From Sphagnum compactum (taxonomy: Eukaryota), in NCBI GenBank assembly GCA_965153455.1, contig OZ234493.1, positions 8,608,213 to 8,672,212 of the forward strand: a stretch of DNA of 64,000 nucleotides, in the 5' to 3' direction. Of this stretch, positions 29,701 through 41,750 are shown piece after piece. The translations under genes were made by a program, and so were the position numbers. The notes below the pieces were generated by a model. The model ran no database searches, was not told where the DNA came from, and saw only the letters and a list, made by a program, of their open reading frames with translations. Position 1 is the stretch's first letter. Each line of letters opens with the position of its first letter.

Positions 29701-30235
29701 TGTTAACCCAAATTTTCACTTTTTATAAATAGTAATTGGTTGTTACCAATAAGTAACTAGTGAAGCATTATCATTTTGAAAGTCTATTAAAATTGTTATT
29801 AGGCTATGTGTAATCAGTAACAAGTATGTTGAAATAACATGTAATTGGTTTGTTATGTTAACTAATTTGTTGACAAAATGGGTCTGTTAATCATGTGGCT
29901 AGGAGTTATTCTAATTTGATTTTGAACCACTAAATTGTTGTACTAGCTAATGATTGTTTAACTTGAAACAACACGATGTTTTGGTATAAGTAGTTGATAC
30001 TTAGCAAGAACAAGGAGATGAAAATTGGAGATGGACTGGAAAAAAACTCTTCTAATATGATTTTTTGATCTATTTGGGATTTGTCTTATAATTTGTACAA
30101 TTTCATGTTTTTTTTTTTTAAAATAAATAATCAGATTCATGTCAAAACATACTTATTGATGTTTATATGCAAGTAAGATTTTGCAAGTAGGAAATAATTT
30201 TGTGTAATTTGAGGGCATAGAAAACACCTTTAACA
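29701..30235 (+). repeat. 3' LTR (535 bp)
   Basis: Starts TGTTAACCCAAATTTTCACT, ends GAAAACACCTTTAACA, preceded by a polypurine tract and followed by the TSD. Confidence 0.9.
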
Positions 30236-30332
30236 TGCATCAACCTACAATTTATCAGAAACCTCGAGTTAAGCAAGGTGTTCGATGACAACATTTTGAG
30301 AATGAAATTGATTTTGATGATTCCATTTAGAA

Positions 30333-33322
30333 CACTAAAAGAAATCTTATAATATCTAACCATTCTTTTTGCAACTACATGCAACTATGTGTTGGTTGTG
30401 AATATATTTGATTTTTTTAGCAACTAATTATCAATAATCACACTTTATATGGTGAAATGTCATTATGTTACGACTACCATGTGACTATTGACATATTCAT
30501 CTTTTCATTTGGACGACTTTTGATATTGTTTTCATCCAAAAATAGGTTCATATGTTCCATTATGCATTTATGACCAAAATTAATCGCAACCATATGCCAT
30601 ATACATAGCCCTTTCCTGTACATTAGAGTGTATTACAATTAAATTTGGGGTACATTTCTACAATGTACTAGGGTTCCATTAAGGTATATTTTAAAAGTTT
30701 ATTAGGAATACATATTAATTATGGGTAGATTAATTACATATTGTGAACATATTAAAGGTTTTATCAACATGGTTTTTGTGGTGAATTTTTACCATTTGGA
30801 AATATATATATATAAACTTTGTTTTCATTTTGATATTCTCAACACCCTTCTCACCTGTTTTTTGTCCTTGACACAACAAATCTATTGTGACACCCTTGTT
30901 CCATGACAAAACAAATACAATGATTACAATGTGAGATGCAATGGCATATGCCATTCATACCCATTACACCCATTTTTTAAAAACTTCAATTTGAATTTCA
31001 AACAAGTTATATGAACTTGAAATCAATTCATATTTCTATTTTGAAAATTGTTATTTTGAAACGGAAAACTTATACTTGAATTTTGAATATTTTTATTTGA
31101 ATATAAATGTTCATATCTCAATTCTGAAATTTATTATTTCAATCTAAAAAACTGGTTTTCAATTATGTAAATTATTATATGAATTTGATTATCTTTTAAT
31201 CTAAATTTTGTTATTTAAATTATGAAAATAAATCTTTGAGTTCAAAAACTGTTATTGGAATCTACAAATTGTTTTTTGCATTCTATAAATTAATATTTGA
31301 ATCTTAAAAATGATATTTGGATCTGAAATAACTATTTCTATTCTGAAAATTGATATTCCAGTTCTAGAACTTGAAATTTTAAATACGAAAATTTCATTTT
31401 CATTTTAGAACTATTAATTGAATCTGAAAATTGATATTTGAATTCTGAAAATTGTTGTTTCAAATCTGAAAAATACTCCATATCTCCATTTTTCAATAAA
31501 ATCAAATAATTTTTTTTAGAATGGAAATATCAAGTTTCAAATTCAAAAAAAACTTTTCGAATTCAAATGCAAAATTTTTAAATTAAAATAATAATTTCTA
31601 AAATCAAATAACAATGTTTGAATTCAACTGAAAATTCTCAGAATTGATATATCAATTTTCAGAATCAAATAATGAGTTTTAAAATTCAAATAATATTTTG
31701 AAAGCTCAAATATCAATTTCTAGATTCAAATAATAATTCTTAACATTCAAATTACAAATTTTGAATTCAAGCAATAATTTTCAGATTTTAGATATGAATT
31801 TTCATAATCAAATAACAGTTTTTGGAATTGAAATATCACTTTTCAATTGCAACTAACAATTTTCAGAATAAAAGTATCAAATTTCATAATCAAATAACAA
31901 TTTTCAGGATTTAAATATCAATTTTCAGATTCAAATAAACATTTTCGGAAATCAAATATCAATTTTGAGATTGAAATATCAATTTTTGAATACCAAAAAG
32001 AAAATAATTCAAAATTGAATTTCTGAATTCAAATAATAAATTTTAGATTTGAAATACCATTTTTGAGATTTTAATAAGAATTTTTAGAAGTGAAATATCA
32101 ATTTTCATAATCAATTAACAATTTTTCAATTGAAATATCACTTTTTAGTTGCAAATAACAATTTTCATAATTCAAATAAAATTTTTCAGCATTGAATTAT
32201 TAATTTCCAGATTCAAATAATTTTTTTCAGAAATCAGATATTAAGTTTCAGATTGAAATAACAATTTTCAGAGTTGAAATATCAATTTTAGAATGAAATT
32301 TGTGAAATTTCGTATTGAAGTTACAATTTTGAGAATTGATAAATTAATTTTCAGAACTTAAATGTCAAATTTCATCTTCAAACAATTATTCTTAGAGTTT
32401 AAATATCACTTTTTAATATTAAAATAAAAATTGATACTTCAAATAATTGTTATGTGGAAAGGTCATGTGAGGTGGGAGGATTAACATATATATAATTGAC
32501 ACATGAAAAAAAGGAACAAAAGATAGGGAATAATTTTTTTAGTCACAAATTAATATGCGACTAAATTGTGACTAGAAATTTATCCAATATTTTTTGTTCT
32601 CCATTTCAATCTTGTAAACTATATCATAAGATGCATTTGGAAGATTGAGAACACGCATTCAGGATGAGCCTATGAAAAGGCTTAACCATAAAGGCTAAAC
32701 CTAAAATAAAATTAAAAAATCTATCTAACTACCTACTTACCTAATCCCTACCTACCTAAATATTTAATTTAATATATTTTGATAAAATGTTAATTAATAT
32801 GTCATGTGGCAAATTGTTATTATGCCACATGTCACAATCTATAACCATCCAAAATGGATGATGCGGATTTAATTTATTTTGTCAGTTTAAGTTTTTTCAA
32901 AATTCAATTATCATGCCACATGGCTAAAATCAATTGGATCATGTGGATCAATTTAAGACCATCAAATATGGACAATTGAAATTATAAATTTCCTAGAAAA
33001 AATGATTTATGTATTATTTCATTTCAATTTTTCAAAATGCACTACTTGTGCCATGTCACAACAAAAGGTTGGTGACCATTTTAATTGCAATTTTGAATAA
33101 ATAGTCACAAGTTGCATATGTATAATAAACAGATGAAGACACATTTGTTGACCATATGTTTCATTCATGGCATGTGATGATATAAGGAATGATACCATCA
33201 TTTGCAATTGTATGTTGGATGCTACTTTACTTATGCAACTAATGATTTTTAGTTGTATAGGTGGGGTACAATTAATTTATAGTCGCAAAGTTTAGTTGAA
33301 AATTTATACTTTTCTTCTAATA
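30333..33322. mobile_element. Non-autonomous CACTA element carrying an inverted tandem array
   Basis: Left CACTAAAAGAAA; right reverse complement TATTAGAAGAAA. A 3-bp TSD GAA lies on both sides (30330-30332, 33323-33325). Bases 32520-32860 resemble 28750-29160 of the neighbouring CACTA element. Confidence 0.8.
30985..32450. repeat. Degenerate AT-rich tandem array (unit about 20-22 bp) in two opposite orientations
   Basis: Left block repeats TTCTGAAAATTG(A/T)TATTTGAA. From about 31500 the right block repeats its reverse complement TTCAAATA(T/A)CAATTTTCAGAA. Confidence 0.8.
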
Positions 33323-34051
33323 GAACCCAAGAAGGAGAAACCAAATTGCCTCCCTCAAGTTTCACTCCCAATAGAGATAGCTCAATCAAAGATGATATTA
33401 TTGCAATAAACATTGGTGGGCACATGTTTGGCCTATCACACCCTAAGGAAATGAGCTTGAATAAAAGGAATACATAGAGAAATGTATTGTGTTTATGAAA
33501 TATGTACAAAGTGTGATTATTCATGATAATTTTATTCCCATGATTTCGATGCTATAATAGTTTTTCCCACTGAGTTTTTGCTTTGACAAAAGTCTTGTGT
33601 AAATAAGGTATACTTCCACACTATTAGGAAATGCGTCCTAGTTCATTATGGGTTTCACTAGATTTTTGAGTGAATTTGGACAATTTTACTAGGTGAAATT
33701 GTTTAACCCCCTAATGAACGGGGACCAGTTGCTACGGACAATGACTTGTTTCACTAATAACTAATGAAATAAGGTTATTCTCAAGTGAAATACAAATTTA
33801 CCAAACCATTCACTTGCTAGTTAATTAACTAACCAGTATGGAAATTAATTAAATTTTAATTATTTAGTATATAATACTATTGATAATTTCATGATTTTTA
33901 AAGCCTATTATTTATTGACACGTGTCACTACTTATGCTAGGTTAAAAACCTAGCCTAAGTAGGTAGGTAGGCCACGTAATCAACCTAGGCACCTAACCTA
34001 GGAATTCGATAGGAGAATATTCGATCAACATACCATGTTGACCGCACACAA

Positions 34052-34123
34052 CACCACCCATGAGGTTTGATCCCCTGACCTTTGGAATGGGGGCAAACAC
34101 CTTTACCATCAAACCACCCCACT
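34052..34123 (-). other. tRNA-derived A-box/B-box-like sequence, degenerate
   Basis: Reverse complement GTGGGG TGGTTTGATGGTAAAGG TGTTTGCCCCCATTCCAAAGGT CAGGGGATCAAACCTCA gives A-box TGGTTTGATGG and B-box-like GGATCAAACC at tRNA spacing. Confidence 0.45.
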
Positions 34124-34227
34124 TGTTGTGATAATATGTTACATTACATTTTATTTATCAAATACTTCATTTTGAACATTACAAAAATATAAACTTTGAA
34201 AATTGGCAATCCTAAGCAATTATAATA

Positions 34228-35420
34228 AATGGCTATTGGTTGTTTTTTTATTAGTGCTATTGGTGGTTATTAATGGCTATTGGTACCTATTCTATTTGTG
34301 GCTATTAATGTTTTTTAGTGGTTATTCTATTAATAGTTATTGGTGGTTATTTTAATAATGGCCATTAGTAGTTATTCTATTGGTGGCTATTCTATTAATG
34401 GCTACTGGTGGCTATTCTATTAATAGCTATTTGTGATTAATGTATTAATGGCTATTGGTGGTTATTCTATTAATGGCTATTGGTGGCTATTTTATTAATG
34501 GTTATTCGTGATTAATTTATTGATGGATATTTGTGCCTACTCTATTAATGGTTATTGGTGGCTAATATATTAATGGCTATTTATGATTAATCTATTAATG
34601 GCTATTGGTGGCTAATATATTAATGGCTATTGGTGGCTATTCTATTAATGGCTACTGGTGGTTATTCTATTAATGGTTATTGGTGGCCATTCTATTAATA
34701 GCTATTTGTGATTAATGTATTAATGTATATTATGAGTAATGTATTAATGGCTATTGTGGTTATTTTATTAATGGCTATTCGTGATTAATCTATTAATGTA
34801 TATTATGATTAATGTATTAATGGCTATTGTGGTTATTTTATTAATGGCTATTCGTGATTAATCTATTAATGGCTATTGGTGGTTATTTTATTAATGGTTA
34901 TTCATGATTAATCTATTAATGGATATTGATGGCTATTCTATTAATGGCTATTGGTTGCTAATCTATTAATGGTTATTTGTGATTAATCTATTAATGACTA
35001 TTTGTGATTAATCTATTAATGGCTATTTGTGATTAATCTATTAATGGCTATTTGTGATTAATCTATTAATGGCTATTGGTGGCTATTCTATTAATTGCTA
35101 TTGGTGGCTATTCTATTAATGGTTTTTCGTGATTAATCTATTAATGGCTATTGGTGGATATTATATTAATGGTTATTGGTGGTTATTCTATTAATGGCTA
35201 TTGGTGGATATTATATTAATGGTTATTGGTGGTTATTCTATTAATGGCTATTGGTGGCTATTCTATTAATGGCTATTGTGGCTATTCTATTAATGGCTAT
35301 TGGTGGCTATTCTATTAATGGCTATTGGTGGCTATTCTATTAATGGCTATTAGTGGCTATTTTATTAATGGCTATTGGTGGTTATTTTATTGGTGGTTAT
35401 TGATGGCTATTTTATTATGG
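34228..35420 (+). repeat. 25-bp minisatellite array (about 45 units)
   Basis: Units GGCTATTGGTGGCTATTCTATTAAT and variant GGCTATTTGTGATTAATCTATTAAT, interspersed. Confidence 0.95.
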
Positions 35421-38400
35421 TTATTGTATTATAAGTTATTGTTGGTTATTATATGTTATATTACAACTATTGGTGATTATTGTATTATAAATTATTGTTT
35501 GATATTTTACGTTATAATATCATAGGCTATTGGTAGTTATTAAATTGTAGGGTATTTAAAATTATTTTTAATAGGTTATTATTTTCTATTTTAAGTTATT
35601 TTTACCTTAGGCCATTATATTATGTTTTAGATTATTTTTAAGTTATTATGCTTAGGATAAAATCATTTATAATAACATTAAGTAGAATGACCTTGAATAA
35701 TTTAAAGTATAACTTGAAATAACATACATTAATTTAAAATAAATAACCTGAGGTATAGCCTAAAGTTAGTTGAATAATTTAATTTTAAATAATTTAAAAG
35801 CTTATAATAAACTAGTTAAGATACTTTAAGGTAAAATAACATATAATAATTTAGGGTACAATAATTTATAATAGCCTATAATAACATAAAATATAAGTTA
35901 AAATAACTAAAGTAGCTTAAAATAATATAGGGTATATCATAAAGTAACATAGATAGAATATTTTTAAAAACATAGAAATAAACCTATTTGCTATAGTAAA
36001 TTGTAATAGTGAATTATGTTAACTAGAAATGAAGCATGATGTCTACATAGTGATATTATACTGAAATAACTTTCACTATGTGAAATCAGTAAAATGCAAT
36101 GAAGTTATTTCACTGTTAAGGTCCCATAGTGATTTAAGCTAGTAAACTACACCCCACTTTGGTAGTAGTGCCACTTCTAGTAAATATATAAAATTGAGCC
36201 TTTACAAGTATTCAAGGTAAAGTTCATGGAATCGGTTTCTTAATGAAATTTCATTTATTGATAGTAATTGGGATAGGTAACGTAGATTGTTGTATTGAAA
36301 TCAAGCAGTGACCCAATTCTAGAATCCTAATTGAAATGGTGATAGATGTTTACACATTAAGCTTTAAAGATCGGTTGCCATTTGATACTTAATTCATAAT
36401 GTATACAATGTTCCTAGATTTTGGAGATATGGGAATTAGGCGGCTGTCCATTATTACAAAATGTGGGTGTCGTTCACATTTACTAGATTAGTGAATTCAC
36501 TCAAAATCTAGTGCAATTATTTTGCATATAGGGACACCATTTGTTGTAGTGGCCTGATTTTCAAATTTTATAATTCATGAAATATTTTCAGCTTGTAGAT
36601 TTATTGGGATTGGGTGGTTGCTTGATTCTATATCCTTCACATGTCATTATTTTTATGTTGCTTAACATTAATTGTTGTGAACTTGATTCGATGTTTTATA
36701 AATAAAATTTTAAAGAGGTTGCAATTTTTGTATTTATTATCTCAAATTTTGGATGGGCATTGAGATTGGTTTGCCTAATAAAATTAGTTTAGATTTATTG
36801 AAGTTGTGGTTAATGTGGTTGAAAATTGGGGCAAAGAAAACAATCTCATTCGTACAAATGCAGAATAAATAGTTATGGTTGTTTATTCTACATTTATATG
36901 GATGAAATTGTTTTCTTTGCTTTTCGAGGCCTTTACTTTAAAATTTGTGCTCAAGTAAAATTCTAGATGGTGAAACATAGAACGAGGGTCCTCTTGAAGA
37001 GGCAAAGTTTGTTGGTTTAGGGGAGGGAATGCGAAAGTGCAGCCCCAAGGTGTGAGCTGAAATGGAATCTCTTGACGAAGATGTTCATGATCGGCCTTGC
37101 AGAAACTCTAATGATATTATGAAAGTTATGAAACTAAATGTGATTATGAAAGATTGTTTGGAACTAAGGATGGTTGGGGATAAATAAGATTGATTATGAA
37201 AATTATGGAAATCCTAGGAACCCTTTTGTAGAAGAGTTGTTCTTGCCAACAAAGGGCCAACACTTGCCTTTGATATGCGTGGTATCTAGGTTTCTATTGC
37301 CATAACCTTGTTCAATGTCTGAAGTTGCTAATGTTGTGAAAAGTGAGAAATTCTCAAATAATATCTCATAATTTAAGCTACTCTGTGAAGACAATAAGGG
37401 TTGAAAGGATCCAAAAATGGGTATTTTGCTAAATTTCAAATGTGTTCAAACAATAGTCAAGCTTGAGGTGAGTCCACAAATTGAAATTTTCTTGGTTACT
37501 ATAAAGGGTGTTATTATAGGAATTGATTCTTTTTATGTGTTATATGCCAACACTACACGATATAGAATTTTTTATTTTGTTAGAAGTAAGATCGGTTACA
37601 TGTTTCCACATGTTATTCAATAATCTCCAATTATATACATGACGAACATATACCAAAGAATGTTATATTCCGTAGGGTTATGGAAGATGTGGATTCTTTA
37701 GCAAGATTGTAGTATATGGATGAAGAAGTTAGATTGCCTTCATCTTCAAGTCCTTTACTTGGTTCGTAATGTCTTGAGGTGAGTTGTTTTAATAGTATAC
37801 TTGACTTAAATGGAATTCTCGTGGTGCAAGCTTTGAGACAATTCAAAAAATAGAATGTTACCCAAAATTCTGTAATTGGTGACCTAACAAGTTATTGGAC
37901 ATAACATGTGACAAAATTTAATCGAACATTTGTTGGTGTTGCTCAAGCCTCAACAAATTCCAAATGTGGTGTGAAAACAATTGATTTGAAGGTTTCCAAT
38001 CAATGTGACGAAGTTGCTTTGACTTGTTGATAAGTTGGATCCATTCCGTTTCCAAATTAATGCGTACCAAATCCATGTTCGGGCTTGGTTGTGGTTTTTC
38101 TAAACCAACAAAGATTGCTAATTGGTGTAGGTACACCTATTATAGGTATGAAATACATAGGAGTTGTTGAACGCCATTGTTGTTGTATGGAGACACCCTC
38201 ATCAAATTGTTGAATAGGTTCATGATTGCCACCATTGTGAACATTCACTACCTATGGTTGGGTTGATGTTTGTGGTGTCACTTGGTGAGTGGTTGAGGTA
38301 CTTGTGGTTTCCTTTTGCATAATTGGTTTGGCTACAACTTGATGTTGTTCATTGGCTTCTAATCTATGTGTTGCATCTATATTTGCTGCATTCATCGGTT

Positions 38401-39059
38401 CATCTCCATAGGTTATACTTGTTGTTCGTCTTGCATTTGTGTAAGTTATGAAACAAGTTAATGTGTAGCCTATCTTAATTGTTTTATGAAACTTTTGGTG
38501 ACTATTCTTGACATCTTTTGAAATTAGCAAATTCTAGAAAAGTTTTTACATTATTTCTAAAGATAAAATTAGAACAATTCCTCCTACCAATTAGGAATTA
38601 AAAAATTTATTTTACAGATCGGATGCCTAATTTCCTTTAGAAACTTTTACATTAATTTCCACCTATCTTCTAATGGTCTTTTTTTTCAAAATAAATTAAT
38701 AAATAGAACCTTTTATCTTAAAAATTACACAAAACGATTAAAAACATGATACAAACCAAAATTTACAAATGCTAGGGCTTTTCAATTGTGATCCACTAAA
38801 TAATTAATCTAACAATATTTTTTAAGCATGATTGCTTATAAATTCTGATCTCGATTGTGTGGTAGCCAAATGTTAACATGTTTTTAAATATTCCTTTTAA
38901 TTTTTTATTTCTAAAAATTTCAACAAGTTTTGAAAATAACAATGGGTACATATGAAAATCAAAAGTATATGTATAATTCTTACAAAATGTCCTCATATTA
39001 TTACAACTTTTAAAAAAAAATTTGAAAAAATAGTTATTTCATTGCTCAAAATAGAAACT

Positions 39060-39746
39060 AAACATTTTTAGTTGCAAACTACTTACAATTAAAAAGTTTA
39101 TCCCATATATTTATCCTCATTTAAATTTTTGTAAATTATATAATTAAGTAGGTAATCAACTAATTAACTACCTAAAAAATTAACTAATAAGATTAATGAT
39201 TAAATAATGAATCAAATATAAACTAATTAATTCATTTTAAATTATCAAACTAACTAATTATTAATAACTAATTAATTAATACTTCGTAACCAAATAAATT
39301 AATATAATAACTGAAATATATTCAGTGATTATTAATTATAAATATTAACAATTAATTTAAAAATCTAATCATATAATTAGAACCTAGCCTAGGCTAACTA
39401 TTTTATTATAATTATTTCCATTTATTTTTCAGTTTTATAACTAATAATAAAAATAATATTAATATTTAACAATAAAAATAAAATTAAGTGAATTATTATC
39501 ATAGCCCTATTTGTATACTCATAGGCTTGCAATTAAATTGGTCACATTTGTAATTAATGGGACATAAGTTTTTTTTTGGATGAAAACCAAACTAAATGTT
39601 GTTCATATAGAAAGATGAAAACCAAAATAGATGCAAACTAATTGTAGTGTAGTTGCAAGTATAACCAACACAAGAAATAATTGCAAAAATGTCCAAAGGT
39701 AATCACAAATGACTAATAGTCGCATGTAATCCAATTTCTACTAGTG
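39060..39746. mobile_element. CACTA element end, an inverted and internally deleted relative of 26878-28790
   Basis: Terminus TTTCTACTAGTG at 39746. Bases 39500-39746 are the reverse complement of about 26880-27140, and 39060-39240 of about 28640-28790. Left boundary is unresolved. Confidence 0.7.
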
Positions 39747-39749
39747 GAT

Positions 39750-39935
39750 TTCATAGAGCACATGTTTGTAAGTGAGGTTGAATGTATCTTGGGGTGAGAC
39801 AAATTAGACAAACAAGCAAGCAATACCTTGTCAAGTGGAAAGGGTGCCACCATAAGGAGTCCTAATGGGTAAAACCAGGGCACTTAGACCATCTACTAGA
39901 AATGGTGGAAAAGTTTCAATTAAAAAGGGTCCACA
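39750..39935 (+). mobile_element. Chromodomain relic, probably the integrase C-terminus of a chromovirus-type Ty3/gypsy element
   Basis: Frameshifted 'EVECILG/RQIRQTSKQYLVKWKGCHHKES*WVKPGHLDHLLEMVEKF' carries the YLVKWKG chromodomain signature. Confidence 0.7.
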
Positions 39936-41750
39936 AAATAGAGATGAAGATTAAAAGGAACAAGCACAAAGCTCCTAAGTGTTGTCAATAGGGACATTGA
40001 CCTTCAAAACTGAGGGTGAGACCTTGAAAAACCTCAAGCTTCAAAGAGGAAGCACATTTACACCACAACATCCAAATGTGATGAAAGTCAGGTGGTGTAA
40101 GGCAAATCATTAGAAGGACAAAGTGGAAAGGGGATTGAAACAATAACAATCAATGGAAATGAACCTTGGGGTTGGATTCAAAAGAAAAACCTCAAGGGTT
40201 TGGCTAGGTAAGGCCAAGGTAATGGTTCATGTAGATTAAATAATATGCTTCTAAACTGAAAAATAAGTTTGTGGGAGCGATGTTTTTAGTGCATAGTGTT
40301 GTGAACCATGTCCATAAAAGGGTAAAGGAGGTCCTAGTTGTGTAAGCCCATCTTGACACTATTTATTGACTCATTTAAGAGCTTATTCCCTAAAGTGGTG
40401 GTTGGGGTCACCAAAAGAAAAAAAACCTAAACATAGGATCAACCTTCGAATGAAGGAAGCCCAAAATAGGAGGATGACACCATAAGGGTGTACACATGAG
40501 GCATTAAGTTGCCACAAAGGATGGTGTAGATGGACATAAAAAATGTTTAAGATCCTCCCAACGACAAAGCATAAACGTTCGCATGAATGTAATTAAAGCC
40601 AAGAATTAGTAGCTACTTTGAAATAACTTGTGGTGAGTGGGTGACTAATTAATAAAGGTGCTCATCATAAAGGGGTGACATGTTCATTGAATGTTAATGA
40701 GGATGTTGACCTCTTTAGGGTGGGGTTGAGTGACATGCCCCTTTGGGTGAAATATTTGTGTGAAGTAGGTTTCATGTCAAGACTTCCATGGTGGGGCACC
40801 ATGGTGACATGGGAAGGTTTACAACAACATGGTGATTTGGGGTTTGACTCCCCAATTGTTTGGGTTGACAGGGTCGCGAGCTTGTGAGTGTGGACCCAAA
40901 GGCAAATGGGGCTCACCTTTGGGTGTGCTAACATAAGGATGGGCACCAACATGATGTGGCTGGTACGAGCAGGAAGATGGTTTAAGGTTGTTCCTAGAGG
41001 TACATGAATAACCCTGAAGTGGGTTCAACATTTGGTGTAATTTCGAAGTGGCTATTGGATTCATCTTGGAAACCTTCTCCCAAAAGGGGACAACATTTGG
41101 TCACCCTAAACCCTAAATCTTTAAGAATCACCTTTAAGTCACCCCGAAATGACTTAAGAACCATCATGGGAGATTGAGTGTCATGGGCACTTCGTAAAGT
41201 AATTCCGCATGGGTTTAGAGGAACTCACACGTACTAAGTTGTAGTCACTTAACAGGTCTAGGATAGTTAGTGAGTCTAATTCGGTTAGGCCGAAAGGCTA
41301 ATCTTAACGTTGTGTGTGTGGCATGCATAGGTAATTAAGAGTTGAGAAGACGAAGTAACTAGAGGAGCTCAATGAACACGAATGCATGAAAGTTAGATGA
41401 AGAAAGATGTTACAAGTAATCATCATGATATATCATTACAAAATCAGCACCATCCAAAAATCAAAATATTCAAAGTGGAGAGAAGGTAACCTTTGAAGAC
41501 ATCTTTTCTATATGGAGCACAAATTGGAGTTCCTTACACTAAATAATTTTTCAATCTAAGAGGGCATAGTGAACTAGCACCCACTAATGCACCATACACT
41601 GGATGCCCATCATTACTTGATTGTGGATGAACCCAAATTGAGTTAATATTTGGTTTCACCTTGGTAACCAATTCTATAAGAAATTGGTTTCATATATGGG
41701 TAAATAGGTACACAAAATAGGTAATTACCAAGTAAGTAGATGGTTTATAT

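Larger units (their letters stand above)
22894..30235 (+). mobile_element. LTR retrotransposon (probably non-autonomous or internally deleted, Ty3/gypsy-like) with two nested insertions
   Basis: Two similar LTRs, each TGTTAA...TTAACA. A 5-bp TSD TGCAT lies at 22889-22893 and 30236-30240. PBS-like TGGTGACCATG follows the 5' LTR, and a PPT AAGGGGGGG precedes the 3' LTR. A gag-type zinc knuckle CAYC/QQVGHEFKNC (frameshifted) lies at about 24492-24533. Confidence 0.9.
33619..36551. mobile_element. Non-autonomous CACTA element carrying a tRNA-like module and a 25-bp minisatellite
   Basis: Left CACTATTAGGAAATGCGTCC; right reverse complement CACTACAACAAATGGTGTCC. Inverted subterminal repeat CACTAGATTTTTGAGTGAATT (about 33656) matches AATTCACTCAAAATCTAGTG (about 36495). 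No matching TSD. Confidence 0.75.

Noticed and set aside
34228-35420. CRISPR-like array
   Set aside because: Head-to-tail repeats with no unique spacers, no cas genes, and a eukaryotic context. The same applies to 58547-60075.
35325-35525. Hydrophobic ORF MVAILLMAISG...
   Set aside because: Translation of the minisatellite edge. The ORF at 58965-59168 is the same kind of artefact.
41102-41118. CCCTAAACCCTAAA telomere-like motif
   Set aside because: Only two units; such telo-box-like motifs are scattered through the window.
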